From the NCBI GenBank assembly GCA_017499595.2, contig CM039002.1, forward strand, positions 682,001-746,000: 64,000 bases of DNA, given 5' to 3'. The DNA comes from Psilocybe cubensis (taxonomy: Eukaryota). Every line of letters starts with the position of its first letter. The first letter of the stretch is position 1. Of this stretch, positions 1 through 12,853 are shown piece after piece. The notes under the pieces were generated by a model. It saw only the letters and a program-made list of their open reading frames with translations. It had not been told where the DNA came from and made no database searches. The position numbers were made by a program, and so were the translations under genes.

Positions 1-262
1 AGGGCGAGGGCGGAAGTGGTGGGACACATTGAATGCCTATGTTTCTCCCGTTATTTTCTTCTTTCTTACCATTCCCATTCTATGTAAACCGACCTTGTTG
101 TCGGTTTCCTGGAATGCATTTGTATAGTAGGATGGACAACGCCGCATCTAGCATTCAATTATTCTTCAACGTGCTCATATAGTAATTGAAGTTCACAGTG
201 AAACGTACAGCAGGTCAGGCCTTGGATAGCGAACAAAATACAAAAAACAATACGTAGATGAA

Positions 263-1580
263 TCAATCCTCATCGCTCCCGTAGTCCGCCAGTCCCAATC
301 CTGTCGGCTTGGCTGCGGGTGGGGGAGCACGCTGTTGTGGTGCTGGGGCACCGCCGTGTCGTTTGCGAATTTCCGCGAAATATTTGAGACCTTCTAGCGT
401 GTCTGCGCTCAACAACCCATTTGCCTGGATAGGTTGCTCAGGCACGTCCTCTATCCTTCTCCTTTTGCTATCAGGCTGGTCATCATCTACTTGATGCTCC
501 AGCTCCTGTCGTTGATCGTCACTATCATACTCTTCATCTGGTGGCAATGTTTCCCCTTCCTCCAGAGCTCTTACGGATCTCATGGCGTCCACAATTCTTG
601 GGTCCATTTTGGCCTTGATAGCTTCTTGACCCATTTCCTCCAATCTGCGCTTCTCGGCAACCTTTTGAACGGGATTGGGATCCTCCGTTGCCCAGCGCAC
701 ATTAAGGATTTCGTCATTGTCGAGAGACTGGCACGCCATAGCTTCCTTAGCAAACTGTGCGTGGAACTCAGAGACGTACGTCACGAAAGCAACGCTCCTA
801 TATTGCAGGACACGTACTAGATTGGGGAAAAGAGAACGTTGATCAGTTATCCGTGAAAAGACAGAAGAACAAGCAGAACGTAAACATACTCCGTTCAATG
901 GTTCCCCACTCCCTGAAATGCCTCGCAACGACCTCCTCAGTTTCCTGTCCATTGCCTGTCTCCTTGATGCGTCCAACATACAGCGTCCGATTCTGTCTGT
1001 TGAAGCTTCCAACACCACCCATGTCGTCTCTGTAGTCTGCGAACTTGTCACGGGCGAAGCAATCCTTCGACGAGTCAGGCAAGTCATCCTTCGCGTCAGG
1101 GAGGGTGTGTCGGTACTCGCATTCCCAGCCGTACGGGCAGCAGCCGCGGGAAAAGAAGAGGCAAATGTATTTCATCCCAGTCGTGTTGGCGCGCGTGAGC
1201 CCCGAGTCGCGTTTAATGCTGCATCGTGTTTGGGATTTTGTTTTGCTGTAATGGGGGTTATATGGTAAGCATATCGACTTGCGTATTGTATTGTACGTTA
1301 AAAACTTACTTTGAGTAACTGTCTTCACGGTCACCCCCTGCCCACTTGTTATACCAAATATCTATTCGTGGTGGACGGTGTAAGATCATGTATTGCGTGA
1401 ACATGGTAAGGTCTGAAACTACGTACTATATTCTTTTCCCGTCTGAACAGTCTCCTCTTTCACGACATCTCCGGGTTTGACCTGCTTTCGAGCAGGCTTT
1501 AGCTTTTTGGGTGGTTTGGGTGCTTGTGGTATCGGTGTTGGCGCAAGAATTTCAGCTTCAGTTGGAGCAGTAGTCGGCAT
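263..1580 (-). CDS. CWC2: Pre-mRNA splicing factor Cwc2/RBM22-like (CCCH zinc finger + RRM), multi-exon
   Basis: ORF pieces 1419-1679, 843-1334 and 263-1087 join via introns; motifs CLFFSRGCCPYGWECEYRH, DCFARDKFADYRDDMGGVGSF, RTLYVGRI, AQFAKEAMACQSLD...LNVRWATEDPNP; ATG at 1580 (MPTTAP). Confidence 0.93.
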
Positions 1581-2562
1581 ATTATGTGATAGGTTATACA
1601 ATAGTTGCAAGGAATGATATAGCGGCCGAGTAAGAGGGAAACTTGGAATTGCAGTGTCAGAGTCAGCGAGCAAGATCAATTCACGAACATTGTCACGTAA
1701 GGCCGTGACGAATCACCGCGTCACATGTTCAGAGGCTGTTGTCTGTCACGGTGGTTCTGCACGGTGTTCATTTTCTTTCATTAATTATGTCTCGTAACTT
1801 TTCTCATTAGAACGCGCTCAATGCCCTCTTGTTGATTGAGTCTAAGCGCGTGCTTTCGAGAAAACATCAAGCCTCAGGATGGGCGGCTTTCTTTCCCTAT
1901 CTACTTACACCTGCCCATCTTCAAAAGCGCAAGTCCCTGTCTAAGAGGCAAAGTCTCTAGAGTATGTGCATTATAATTACCCTCGCTTGGCCTCTCCTGA
2001 ATTCATTCGATTCAATAGTGTACGGGCCCCGACTTGAACAAAGACGTACGCGGTGTAAGGAAGCAAATATGGCCACTACTTAGAAAACAAAGGAACTGAG
2101 AATTCCAAGGAGAAAAAACCGCTTCTTTTTGGAACCCTCCGTATCCGATGACGAGACTACAAAATTCACTTTAGCGGCCTTCTGTCACTTTTTTTGGACA
2201 CCGTTACTCACAACTCCTAATCCTCAGCAAGAGAAAACGCTGATGAAAGAAAAAGGTCGTTGGGTATGTTTATTTTTCTTGTACTTGTACGCAATGCGAC
2301 TTAAAGTCTCGCAAAGGTTGCCAGGCGTGGTAAACCCTCGGCGCAATTATACCAACGTCACCACTACAAACAAAAGGCATAATTGGAACGCTAACTGTAA
2401 AAAAACGGTTCTTTGTTTTTCAACACAGCCCACATTATATGACGAGAGGCAATATTTCCAATGACTAGTTGGCCCCTGACCTTCTCTTCCCATAGTGAGT
2501 ATATAATGTTAACCCTCAACAAAAGTGTTCTCATTTTCTCCAAAAGGTCGCGGTGACCAGAT

Positions 2563-3160
2563 ATGGCTGGCACTGGAAAGCGCAGCCGCCTCGTTAAATA
2601 TGCCTTGCTAGTCGCTGTTACTGTCGAGTCATCCACCGCATATGCGAACATCATGATGAAGCAATGGAAACTCGATACTCTTACGCCTTCAACCTCCATA
2701 CTAGCCGAATTTATACCTTTCGACATCTTCCTATCTCTCTCAGAAAACGTGTTGCCCCATTCGAACCCTTTTCTCAATGGTATCATTTATATGGTATATT
2801 TTCAGCAAGCTGCTGCATGTTTGGGTGTATCTTTGCTTGGAGGTATCTTAACCTTGGACATGGCCTTCATGTGGTTGAAGAATTATCTCAGAGGAGACTC
2901 CGATTGGCTTAGAGATCCTCAAGACGTTCTAGATCCCCAAAAGTGCAACTACTTGGAAAAGTTAGGTGGGAGAGTACGCTCAACATATACCGCATCACTG
3001 AAGCTCACGCTTTTTTGTTTTACCAGTACTGAGTTGGGCAAAAGATCTCGGCCGTCTATGGAGTGCAATTTGCATCATTGTCATTATGGCTGCTGTCGAA
3101 TGGGATATTGCTCATCATTGGCAACACTCACATTTGATCGACACTGAGAGGTCGAGTTAA
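2563..3160 (+). CDS. Hypothetical multi-pass membrane protein (5' end uncertain; possibly degenerate)
   Basis: ORF 2563-3147 has several hydrophobic stretches. A putative intron (GTGGGA...TTACCAG, ~2966-3027) gives a further hydrophobic exon ending at TAA 3160. Upstream exon-like fragments at ~1.9-2.4 kb could not be joined. Confidence 0.35.
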
Positions 3161-3280
3161 AATTTGCATATGGCCTTGACTTGTAAGATCAAACGTTCAT
3201 CTATTGCCAATATCTCGTTACACCAATATTTTTATCCAGAATCCTCAAATACATAATCAATACTTTTGAATCGTTGGTCA

Positions 3281-4066
3281 TCACCTTTGCTGCTGAGATA
3301 TCCAAGCCAGAACCGGTGTTTTCAGGTCAGGTCTTGGGGTACTCGTCACCTCGTTAATGACGGGCGTGACCCTAGGGATAGTCAATGAATCCATTTCAGT
3401 AGATTCGGACGTATATGCGCCTTTACCTGTTTCGAAAGTTCGGATCTGTTCTTGACCCTCTCTTGCAGGATTTCTGCGGGTGATTGGTACCCAGTTTCTA
3501 GACATTTCCTCTTCTCTCTGCGCCTCCATGGTCATAGCGCGGTTGGCTGTAAATTCAATACCGAAACCTGTTAATATGTGGGTCACAATGCGGTCTAGTT
3601 TGGACTCACGCCTATCCGCCCGGAAAGTGAATCGGGCAGCGAACCTGGTCAATGTGTTCTCGCTGCCCAAAGACAATATGGGCGTTCTGGTGCCATAGCT
3701 AATGATGACGATGTCAATGATATACTCATAGTCCCTTGGGACTGCAACCTCGTTATAGTTGACAGTGACTCCTGTGCTGACACGGAAATTGCTACGTCCG
3801 CACATCTCGAAGTCGGCTTGTCCTGTCAATAATCCATTCTCGAAAATGAAGACGCGGTCGTGTTTGTGCGGAAGCACGAGGTCGCGCGAGGTGGGGCAAC
3901 TGTCGAGCTTGAGCGCGCACATCTGCTTGAATATTGGCTCCGGAGGAACTTTACATGCAGCCCATTTCCCATCAGCGCTTACAGTTATATCCCTCTCTGG
4001 AACGGATGTCGCCTCGTTAGCGGTGTGAGTGAATCTGCACGAGTATCCTCCGGCATATAGTGGCAT
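3281..4066 (-). CDS. Uncharacterised beta-rich domain family, copy D (divergent)
   Basis: Long ORF; GGYSCRF...DRVFIFEN...IDIVII...FAARFTFR, followed by a phase-1 GTGAGT...TTTACAG intron at 3609-3547 (63 nt, in frame). Confidence 0.65.
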   Translation of the reverse strand: MPLYAGGYSCRFTHTANEATSVPERDITVSADGKWAACKVPPEPIFKQMCALKLDSCPTSRDLVLPHKHDRVFIFENGLLTGQADFEMCGRSNFRVSTGVTVNYNEVAVPRDYEYIIDIVIISYGTRTPILSLGSENTLTRFAARFTFRADRRESKLDRIVTHILTGFGIEFTANRAMTMEAQREEEMSRNWVPITRRNPAREGQEQIRTFETGKGAYTSESTEMDSLTIPRVTPVINEVTSTPRPDLKTPVLAWISQQQR

Positions 4067-4922
4067 TTTGTCGCGTGCTATGAGCACTTGCGAAGGTGAG
4101 TACACTAGGGGTCGGGTTGGACTATGGAAGTGGGCTTTTGCGCGGTCTTTTGAATGTGCTTAAACCTCGGTGACACCTGGAGGGTGAGGAGGTTGAAGGG
4201 TCAATGTCGACGTCCTTTGGCGGTACAGGCTTTTTATGCACCCTTCCCTGAACCATACGAACAGCGGGCGCGTGTTGGTGCCCTACAGTACTTCCTGAAT
4301 CGGCTCTACTGCCTAAACCACCTCACAATAGGCCGGCAGCCTGTGGTAGCTGGGCTTAGGAGACGTGTGTGGTTGAGCAAGGTCTTTCCATTGTTTTCTG
4401 GCTGATGGTTTCGATGGATAAGTCTTTCAAGTCTGATGTTCTAGATTTCATTTCCGGGAAATAACCCGCTACAATGATTTCATATTCATGTGTCTTTGAG
4501 GCTTCTTTCATTAGCATCCTTTTTCGGAAATACGCGGTTGGTGATACATGGCCCAACAATGAACGGAATTCTAGTGGGAAGCTTTTGTCGTCGCAGGTGT
4601 TAGTATTTCATTGACATTACTTGTTATGATGTCATCTCTCACCTTTCTCTGTAACTCGTGCCTTGGTAGCGGTCTGTGAATTGGTCTTTGAAGCGCCTCT
4701 GACTACTACAAGTCCCTTTATCCGAGCATAGTAATCTCCTGCGTTTTCTTTTGAAAATCTTCATTGAAGGCTTCCATTGAAAAAATGGCATCAACTCTCC
4801 AAACAAGTTCACAGAAGATTGACATAGGGGTGACACTCCTTTGCACTATCAAAGAATTGGTGTAAAACGGCTGTCATTCAAACTGGATCTTTTGAGAAAT
4901 CCCACTATAATGTATGTTCAAA

Positions 4923-5581
4923 TTATATCACTAATCGAATTGCATCTATAAATTTCAACCAGGTATTGTGGTCTACACTTTGGGTGTTCCACAAGACGGG
5001 TTTAAAGAGTTTGAATGAATTTCTTTCAAACTGAGAAGCTATTGCGATGCATGGTTTTGTAATCAGTCGGGGGGTAACGATAAGGAATATGTATTGGCAC
5101 AACACTCACGGACGGTGTGGTAGACGAATCTTGCTTGTAGTATGATGCTACTGATCCCGTCAACAGCAAGCATAGTAGGATTCCATGGAACTTCGCGGAA
5201 ATCTTTGTACTTGGGACCTTTGCCTAACTGGTATCGGACCACGAAGATATCTATCTGCCCATAGCTTTGTCTGTTATTCGATATGTGCCTTCCTATCTCG
5301 ACGTAAGATCTGGCTTGCAAAATTTTCAATCGATGTGCTGCAACCTTTCTGTTATCGCGGTACACATAGGCCCAATCTTCGTAGATTTGAAGTGTGTCCC
5401 CTATTAGCACCGGACGTTGTGTTATCTCTGCGGTACATGCATCTTGAGTCAAAAGTTCTGCGGGTACACTAGCTAAATATATCGTTGTGTCCGGTTTGAA
5501 AAGCTGTTGATGGAAGGGTATCCCTGTATCGAGAGTGTTCCTGTATACCAATCTGCAGGCGTACTCGCTGTTATTTGACAT
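4923..5581 (-). CDS. Uncharacterised beta-rich domain family, copy C (divergent)
   Basis: ORF 5063-5581 (SEYACRLVYRN...DWAYVYRD...IDIFVV...LQARFVYHT); phase-1 GTGAGT...AATAG intron at 5109-5039; exon 2 PSQFERNSF...IRLVI* ends at 4923. Confidence 0.65.
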
Positions 5582-6515
5582 AGTGTGTTTGTAATAGAGG
5601 AAAAGAAAGACCGGCTCTCTTTCTATGGATCAAATTGTGGGATAGGAAAGGTGTAAGTAGAAACGAGAAAGGATGTTTTGTCACGCCCATTCCAGTTCAT
5701 TGGAATTCGTTCGGCCTTGCGGACTTTTCCCTTTATGTGCCAGCTATTATATTTCCATCTCTTTTGTGACACACATTGACCGTGCGAGGGTCATGCTACA
5801 TATGACCAATCAGACATTGTACTGTTGAAGTTTGGTTGAAGTGGGTCCGGGCGTCTAAATTGACTAAATTCGATCTATTGAAGCGGCAACTTCCTCAGAC
5901 TCTAATGTGGTCATTGCCGAGACGCGTAGTGCGCTCAATCCTCGATATACAGCAATCATGTTATCACTGACTGAATGATGTTTACATTTGCAACAAAACG
6001 ATGAAGATACTATTAACCAGGCAATAGCATCATCGGCAGGACGGCAAAGGTCTTTCCGCTTTCGGAAAGTCCTGACCCGAAGATCACTTCGCTTTTGACT
6101 CCACGTTCACCGGGCTGAACGCTGAATGACGGCCGGAACCCTTTACATAGCTCAATAGCTCAATTTTCAAGGCGCAGAGCTCTACACTCATCTTTCAACA
6201 TCCTAGTGGCTTTCAAAACGACGTATAGGGTCATCCACGTCGATCTACCTTATCTTCTCGGTGGCGGTCTGTCCGACTCTGATGATTATCATAGGTCACA
6301 AATGAAAGAGCTGTCAGGGGTTCTCTATAAACAAAATATGGAGCCTCAGAAGCAGAAGTACATCAGAACTCAGATACCGGCGTAACGAAGGCGTTTGACC
6401 TAACTTTGATTCTGATAATCTGATTCTCAGCGCTCTTCGGGTCAGTCGACATCGATTAGGGTCTATTTGGGTATATAAAGGCCACTAACCATTCTGTTCA
6501 ACCGTATCGCTTAAA

Positions 6516-7790
6516 ATGTCCCCCACTCAAAAGGCCCTCTTTCTTGATAAGAAGTTTGGTAATTTTGTTCTTGAAGATACAGAAATCTACAAGCCTGGTC
6601 CTGGCGAAATCCTCATCAAAATTCACGCTACGTCACTTAACCCTGTCGATTGGAAGATCCAGAAGCTTGGGGTGCTTGAAAAGTATCCCGCCATCTTGGG
6701 GACTGATATTGCTGGAGAGGTTGAGGAGCTTGGAGAGGGTGTTAGTGAGTTCAAGGTCGGGGATCGAGTGTATGTTTCAAGTTTTTCGTAACCACAGTCC
6801 GAGTCGACCTCCCTCATCAACACAATTTCTTTTCAGGTTTATTCAAGGCACATACGATAACAGAGGAAGTAGCTTTCAGCAATACACTACCGCTGTTGCC
6901 TCCAGTGTTGCAAGAGTATGTGCATTAGTGTTGCCTTTGGCCTCAAATATCTCACTTTTTGTACTCGATTGTACAGATACCACCTAACTGGACATATGAT
7001 CAAGTCGCTGCTTTACCAGTAGTTTTGAGTTGCGCATATATAGGACTATACAACAAGAATCCGTATGGTCTGGGGATTGATCCCCCTATCTCTGAGGCGA
7101 CTGAAGGCAAGTATGCCGATACCCCTATCGTTGTTCTCGGAGGTTCAACATCTGTGGGTCAAATGGGTACGTGTAAAACAGCTTAGCATGGGCATAAAAG
7201 AGGTTCAATTGTTCATTATAGTCATTCAGCTTGCCCAACTCTCGGGATTTTCTCCGATCTTCACCACAGCGTCGCCCAAGCACACGGTTTTTCTCAAATC
7301 CCTCGGTGCAACGCACATCTTAGACAGGAGCCTTTCATCAAGTGATATGAGGGCCGAGATAAAGAAAATCTGCAATGATAAACCGATCCATTTTGTGTAC
7401 GACACCGTCTCTTCAGAAGATACGCAAAGAACGGCATTAGACATCCTGGATTCAGGAGGACAAATGGTCGCCGTGAATCCACTGAAATTAACTCCATCGG
7501 AAGACAAGAAAGCCTTCATGGTGCTTGGAATATTGCGAGCACCACATAATGTTGAACTTACTGAAACGCTTTATCATGACAAAATATCGGGATGGTTGGA
7601 ACGAGGTCTGATAAAAGTAAGTCCTCATGGAGAACATCCGTTCTCAGAAATATCCAATTTATCATTTTTCTAGCCCAACAATGTCGAGATCCTTCCCAAC
7701 GGTCTTTCAGGTATTCCAGACGGTTTGGCAAGGATGCAAGCAGATCAAGTGTCAGGCACGAAGTTGATTGCCCATCCTCAAGAAACGTAA
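6516..7790 (+). CDS. Zinc-free MDR oxidoreductase (GroES-like, enoyl-reductase-like; YLR460C/ToxD/LovC type), copy 1
   Basis: PGPGEILIKIHATSLNPVDWK, GTDIAGEVEELG, FKVGDRV, VVLGGSTSVGQ nucleotide-binding motif, C-terminal KLIAHPQET*; several GT-AG introns; TATA-like GTATATAAAG at ~6471. Confidence 0.92.
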
Positions 7791-7992
7791 AATATGTCAT
7801 TGTGGACTTTCAGACAGAGAACTTCCAAACAGAATGTCACTTGTATGTACTTCATATTGATGATTTATGGTCTACGGAATACAATCATGCTCAAAACAAT
7901 GCGGGAATTGGAAGGTGGGGTTTAGATAATCCACAACGGCCACGCACCCAGCCGTTATTCAGGAAGTACATGCGACAACAGTTTTTCGAGAA

Positions 7993-8564
7993 TCAACGGG
8001 CAATTCCTGTCTTTATCAGCGTGTCTACATTCCAGCAAGTGAGTTGGACTTCTGATTGTAAAAACAGGGACTGAACGTACCATATGATAGAAGATACATT
8101 CTGAATTTCGCCACATACGTATCCGTTTCTATATCGTACATGCTGTTGATCACCGTTCCTCCCAATGGGTGGTCGCAAGGAAGTACTATAACATCGAGGG
8201 TCTTCCATTTTCCGTATTCAAGGTTTCTGTCCACAAAGGTCCGAGGCGATGGCTTGGCCATATCGACGCGATGGACTAAATAGTCTGAGAGTCGCCCCAT
8301 TGATTTTATGCTGGAGGAGACAAATAATTGGTTGTTTGTATCGAAAATGTATACCCAGCTGCTTGAATCTGGACCGCGGATGTCAAATACAATGTCCTGG
8401 TCGGATTCTATCAGCTCCTGGGGAAAGTAGCATGTGCAAACTTTGTCATCGTTTTTGCGCATGGCGATTTCGTAATGAGGAGTTGGTAGTCCTGGGTTGT
8501 CTTTGTAGGCAACCCTGAAGGTGTAATTATTTCCTGCCACCATGATTGGAACTGGAAAAGACAT
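7993..8564 (-). CDS. Uncharacterised beta-rich domain family, copy B
   Basis: NNYTFRVAYKDN...VFDIRGPDSSSWVYIFD...VLPCDHPLGG...VAKFRMY; phase-1 GTACGT...TGTAG intron at 8080-8025; short last exon DTLIKTGIAR*. Confidence 0.75.
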
Positions 8565-9029
8565 GACCTGCGACTTGTGTTTGGTTGGGGAGTATGAATG
8601 TGCGGAAGGGAGGAAAACGAGTTGGGAAGGATGCACACAAACAGGGCGTTGATGGCATTTAAATGGTGTTGGTGTGGTATATGTATGGTATTCGTGCCCA
8701 AGTAAAAACAACGTTGTCATCATTTTCTCGAAAGGCACAATAGCACCTTTTGTCCCCGTGTATCTGGGCCACTCAAGTACTCATGGCCCAACGTGTTCGA
8801 GAAAACTAGGTTTCCGTGAAATTCAACGAATAGGGCCTCGCAGTTATACAGAATCTTCTAGAATACTGGCCCGGTACTGTAAGTTTAATCCGCAGAATGA
8901 ATGGGGCGACTGTAACCTTTGGGCGCCTAAACAAATATAATGCCACCAAGTTGAATAATCTATAGAATCCTGATTCTAAATATAACCCACAAACGATACC
9001 GAGAACATGTACCAACAGAACAAATAACG

Positions 9030-9931
9030 TTATTGGTAGAAATCGACAGGAATTTCTGGCGAATAAACTGGCCACGTTTGTAGAAAGTTGTCCTTCTTAA
9101 TTCCAAGGTCGGAGTCGCTGTATTGAATATCATACGTAAGGTCAAAATCAAAAGGATCCGTGGCCGAGAGAAAGCTCTCTACGAATAGCAAAGATTTCTT
9201 CATTTCATCAGGACTCATTCGTGCATGATTTGCGAAAAAATCAAAATAATCGGCTTTCAGGAATCCCATTTTGATGAACGTCGCTATGATGGATTAGACA
9301 CTGTTAAAATTGGCGGGTTGAAAAGCTCATGTAGTGACGTACCCTTGGTTATTAACCTGATTTTAAATACGGCCACGCAGATTCGCGCAGCATCAGCTCT
9401 ATCGAGCGGTTTACCCTCCATTTCATGGTCAACTGGTACTATAAAAATGGCCATATCATATGAGGCTGTATCGTGTGGCTTTTTCTGAGCGGAAAAGAGT
9501 GGTGGCGGCTTTCCTGTATCAGCTCTGTCTAGCCAAAAATGTCCTACACGGCCTACGGGCTTAGACTTGGTATTGGAGGTTAGATCGCTGGTAAATGAAT
9601 ACACCCAGAAGTCGGAATCTGGCCCTCTGATGTCGAAGATGACTTCCGGCCCTATCAGTTCCAAAGGGAAAAACCCAATATTCATATGGTTGTTTTGGGG
9701 CATATGTCGAAATATGTTGATAGCCGTGTTATATTTGTATGCGAACCGAAATGTGTAGTTTCTTGAAAAGAGCATCGTTTTTTCCCTGTCATCAGGGTTT
9801 GTAACTCTTTCCATGGCAGAGTAGGCCTCTGAATCTTGTGACATGCCGACACTGATACCAGGTGGTGAAGAATATAAAGGATATACAGTACTATAAAGCA
9901 AGGTATTTATACGGTGATATTGTGTTGGCAT
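9030..9931 (-). CDS. Uncharacterised beta-rich domain family, copy A
   Basis: RNYTFRFAYKYN...IFDIRGPDSDFWVYSF...IVPVDHEMEGKP...VAVFKIRL; phase-1 GTACGT...CATAG intron at 9342-9284 joins to ORF 9030-9269 (ATFIKMGFLKAD...). Confidence 0.75.
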
Positions 9932-10981
9932 TGTAGTCCTTTACAAACAATGGCCCATTTCCTTTACTGGATGCTCGGCCTCAGCAAAGATTTGAACGGG
10001 CCACGCATACTGGCCAGCGTGGCCCCATAAGCGGCGGCCAAAAGAGGTTAGTATATTGAAGCAAAGAAGAAATGTAGGTAATATTCAGACCTTTCTCCTT
10101 ATGTTACAGACCTATGAACCGTACCGGCTGCTGGTGGAAGTCCGCGCTTAAAAGAGAAGGAATACAACATACCCAGGGGTATCTCCATGTGACGTCCATT
10201 TTGGTTTTTCCGTTCATGGTTTTGGGTATGTACCTTCATGCCTATATACTTAAGCTGTTAATTTTTTTTACCTTCCCTTTCCAGAAAATTAGGAGCTCAG
10301 GCAAGTGCAGTTACTAGTTTGGTAATTTACTAGGCTATAAACCCCTTGTGGGAAATATGATTTTAAAAAACAACCGTGGGATATTTTCGCTGATAGCGTA
10401 GTCCTATTACATCCGTCCGTTCCCCTTTCTATGTAGAGACACTCCTTCAGACCGGCTTTGGCCTTACTCTTCGTATACTCCCAACAAACCTTATCTATGA
10501 AACTTCAGGCTGTTCAAATGACCAATCAGTATTAACAGACCACCCGCAGGCCCTCCAGGCATTAGTGTAACACAACTATACGGAATAAAGTTCACATTTT
10601 CACGCGTGCCGACATGTTGAATCATTTGGTTATGGTCCATGGACTGATACTACTCGAACCGAAGCTTTTTGGTGTCATGACCATGACACATCGCGGACGC
10701 TGCTAGATGATCGAATGTTCTGAGTAATGTGCACACAATTGCTGACATTAACTGGGCGGTAATAAAAGGCTATATATCTGTCAGTAGATTCATTAACTTT
10801 TCCTATGACGTATTTTCGATTTGCTGACCTGTAGGTAAGTAGTGGCAGACAGGTAATAATTTCCAAGTTTTTCGGTGCGTTTTGCCTTGACTCGCGGACA
10901 ATTTGAACACCGCTACGATTACAACGGATGCCAAATCCATGAAGCCACACTAATCATTGTCCCCCATACTCGCCACTTGAA

Positions 10982-11191
10982 ATGGCGTCGACTCAAAGAT
11001 CATATCACCATACAAAAATCGGCAACATGTTCGTGGCGAAACAGATATCCAGTACCCCAACCAGAAGAATAATCTGCTATAATATCGCCGGAGACATCGT
11101 CGAACTTCTTCAAGGAGTCAATGATTTTGAACTGGGAGATCTATCTTCATTACCTCCTTTTGCCGTATTTGAACTGTGTTACTTGAAATAG
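10982..11191 (+). pseudogene. Decayed 5' fragment of an MDR oxidoreductase paralogue
   Basis: MASTQRS...KIGN...NIAGDIVELLQGVNDFELGD aligns with MPTTQKS...KFGN...DVAGDVEELGEGVTEFKKGD of the next gene, but the NPVDWK segment is deleted and the rest of the gene is missing. Confidence 0.7.
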
Positions 11192-11567
11192 CCCGACCTT
11201 GGTAGCATCGTGATCGCAAATCATCGCAAATCATCTCAAACATATCTATCGGCCCCAATGTTGAACGAACATGTGAAGCCGGGACTGTAAGTTGAGAAAA
11301 GCCATAGTAGGCCGAGAAAATCTTATTAATGCATGAATCATCCAGAACATTCTATTCCGTTACCCAGATACCAACCTTTTAAACTTTCAAATCTTTACTA
11401 ATCTGCTCTTTCCACCATATTTTTAGTATAGTAGCCTCACGAATCTGCGATGATGCCATCCGTTCTCAGGGGCTCAATATTTGATATTTAAGCTCGACAA
11501 ACTTAGCATAGCCGTCCAAAGACATTCCAACGCCCTTGCTTCCCAGACACACCTTCCAGAGTGAAAC

Positions 11568-12853
11568 ATGCCTACTACACAGAAATCCCTCGTTCTCGAC
11601 AAAAAATTCGGCAATCTGGTCATCCAGGACACTGAAATATACAAACCTGGCCCCGGAGAAATCCTCATCAAGGTCCAAGCGACGTCGCTCAACCCAGTTG
11701 ATTGGAAGATTCAGAAATATGGAGCATTTTTGGAGGAATTCCCAGCCGTTCTGGGTACCGATGTAGCTGGAGACGTTGAAGAGCTCGGTGAAGGAGTTAC
11801 TGAATTCAAGAAAGGGGATCGAGTGTGAGTGCATTAGTCGATGTAAATTGGACGCGACCTTTGGGCGCGTTGCTGACGTCATGGATATTTTTGCTAGCTT
11901 CATTCAAGGCAGATTTGAGAACAGAGCTAGTAGTTTCCAGCAATACACAACTGCCGTCGCCGAAAGCGTCGCAAGAGTGCGTCTGCAAAATAACTGTACT
12001 CTCTTAATATCCTAATGGCAATCTCTTTAGATTCCTCCCAATTTCACATACGAGCAGGTCGCTGCACTTCCCGTAGTCCTGACATGCGCATATGTAGGAC
12101 TATACAATCAACAGCCATACGGCTTAGGTATCGCTCCACCAGTAGACGAGTCCACCCAAGGAACTTACGCCGGAACACCTATTGTCGTTCTCGGTGGTGC
12201 GACCTCGGTTGGGCAAATAGGTATACACTCTTTTTTTGCGATGTTTATGACATACTGAGACAAATTTCCATAACCCAGCCCTTCAGCTCGCAAAGCTCTC
12301 CGGTTTCTCTCCGATTTTCACAACCGCGTCTCTCAAACACACAGAGTTCTTGAAATCGCTAGGAGCTACGGCTGTTCTTGATCGCAGCCTTTCGTCCAGT
12401 GATATCATTTCTGAGATAAAGAAAGTGACCGATAAGCCAATCAATTTGCTATACGATGCCGTTTCTTCAGCAGCCACGCAGCAACTTGGATTGGACATTC
12501 TGTCTGCTGGTGGGCAAATGATCACAGTTCTTCCATTGGCCGTCAAAGTCCCGGAGGATAAGAAAGTCATTCCTATTCTCGGATTGTTGAGGTCGCCAGA
12601 GAATGTGGAACTCACTCGTACATTGTATCACGACAAAATAGCAGGGTGGCTCGAGAAGGGTGTGATCAAGGTAAGATTCAAGAATTTATCTGAGATGGGA
12701 ACTTAAATGATTAACCGCTTGCCTGGTGATTAGCCAAACAACATTGAAATTCTGCCAAATGGCCTGGCTGGAATACCCGATGGGTTGAAGCGGATGGAGG
12801 CAGACCAAGTTTCTGGTCTGAAACTCGTGGCACGACCTCAAGAAACAAAATAG
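11568..12853 (+). CDS. Zinc-free MDR oxidoreductase (enoyl-reductase-like), copy 2
   Basis: Closely similar to 6516-7790 with the same intron positions; SLNPVDWK, VVLGGATSVGQ, C-terminal KLVARPQETK*. Confidence 0.92.

Noticed and set aside
6516-12853. Secondary-metabolite cluster built around trans-enoyl reductases
   Set aside because: No PKS, NRPS, terpene synthase, P450 or cluster transporter appears in the window.
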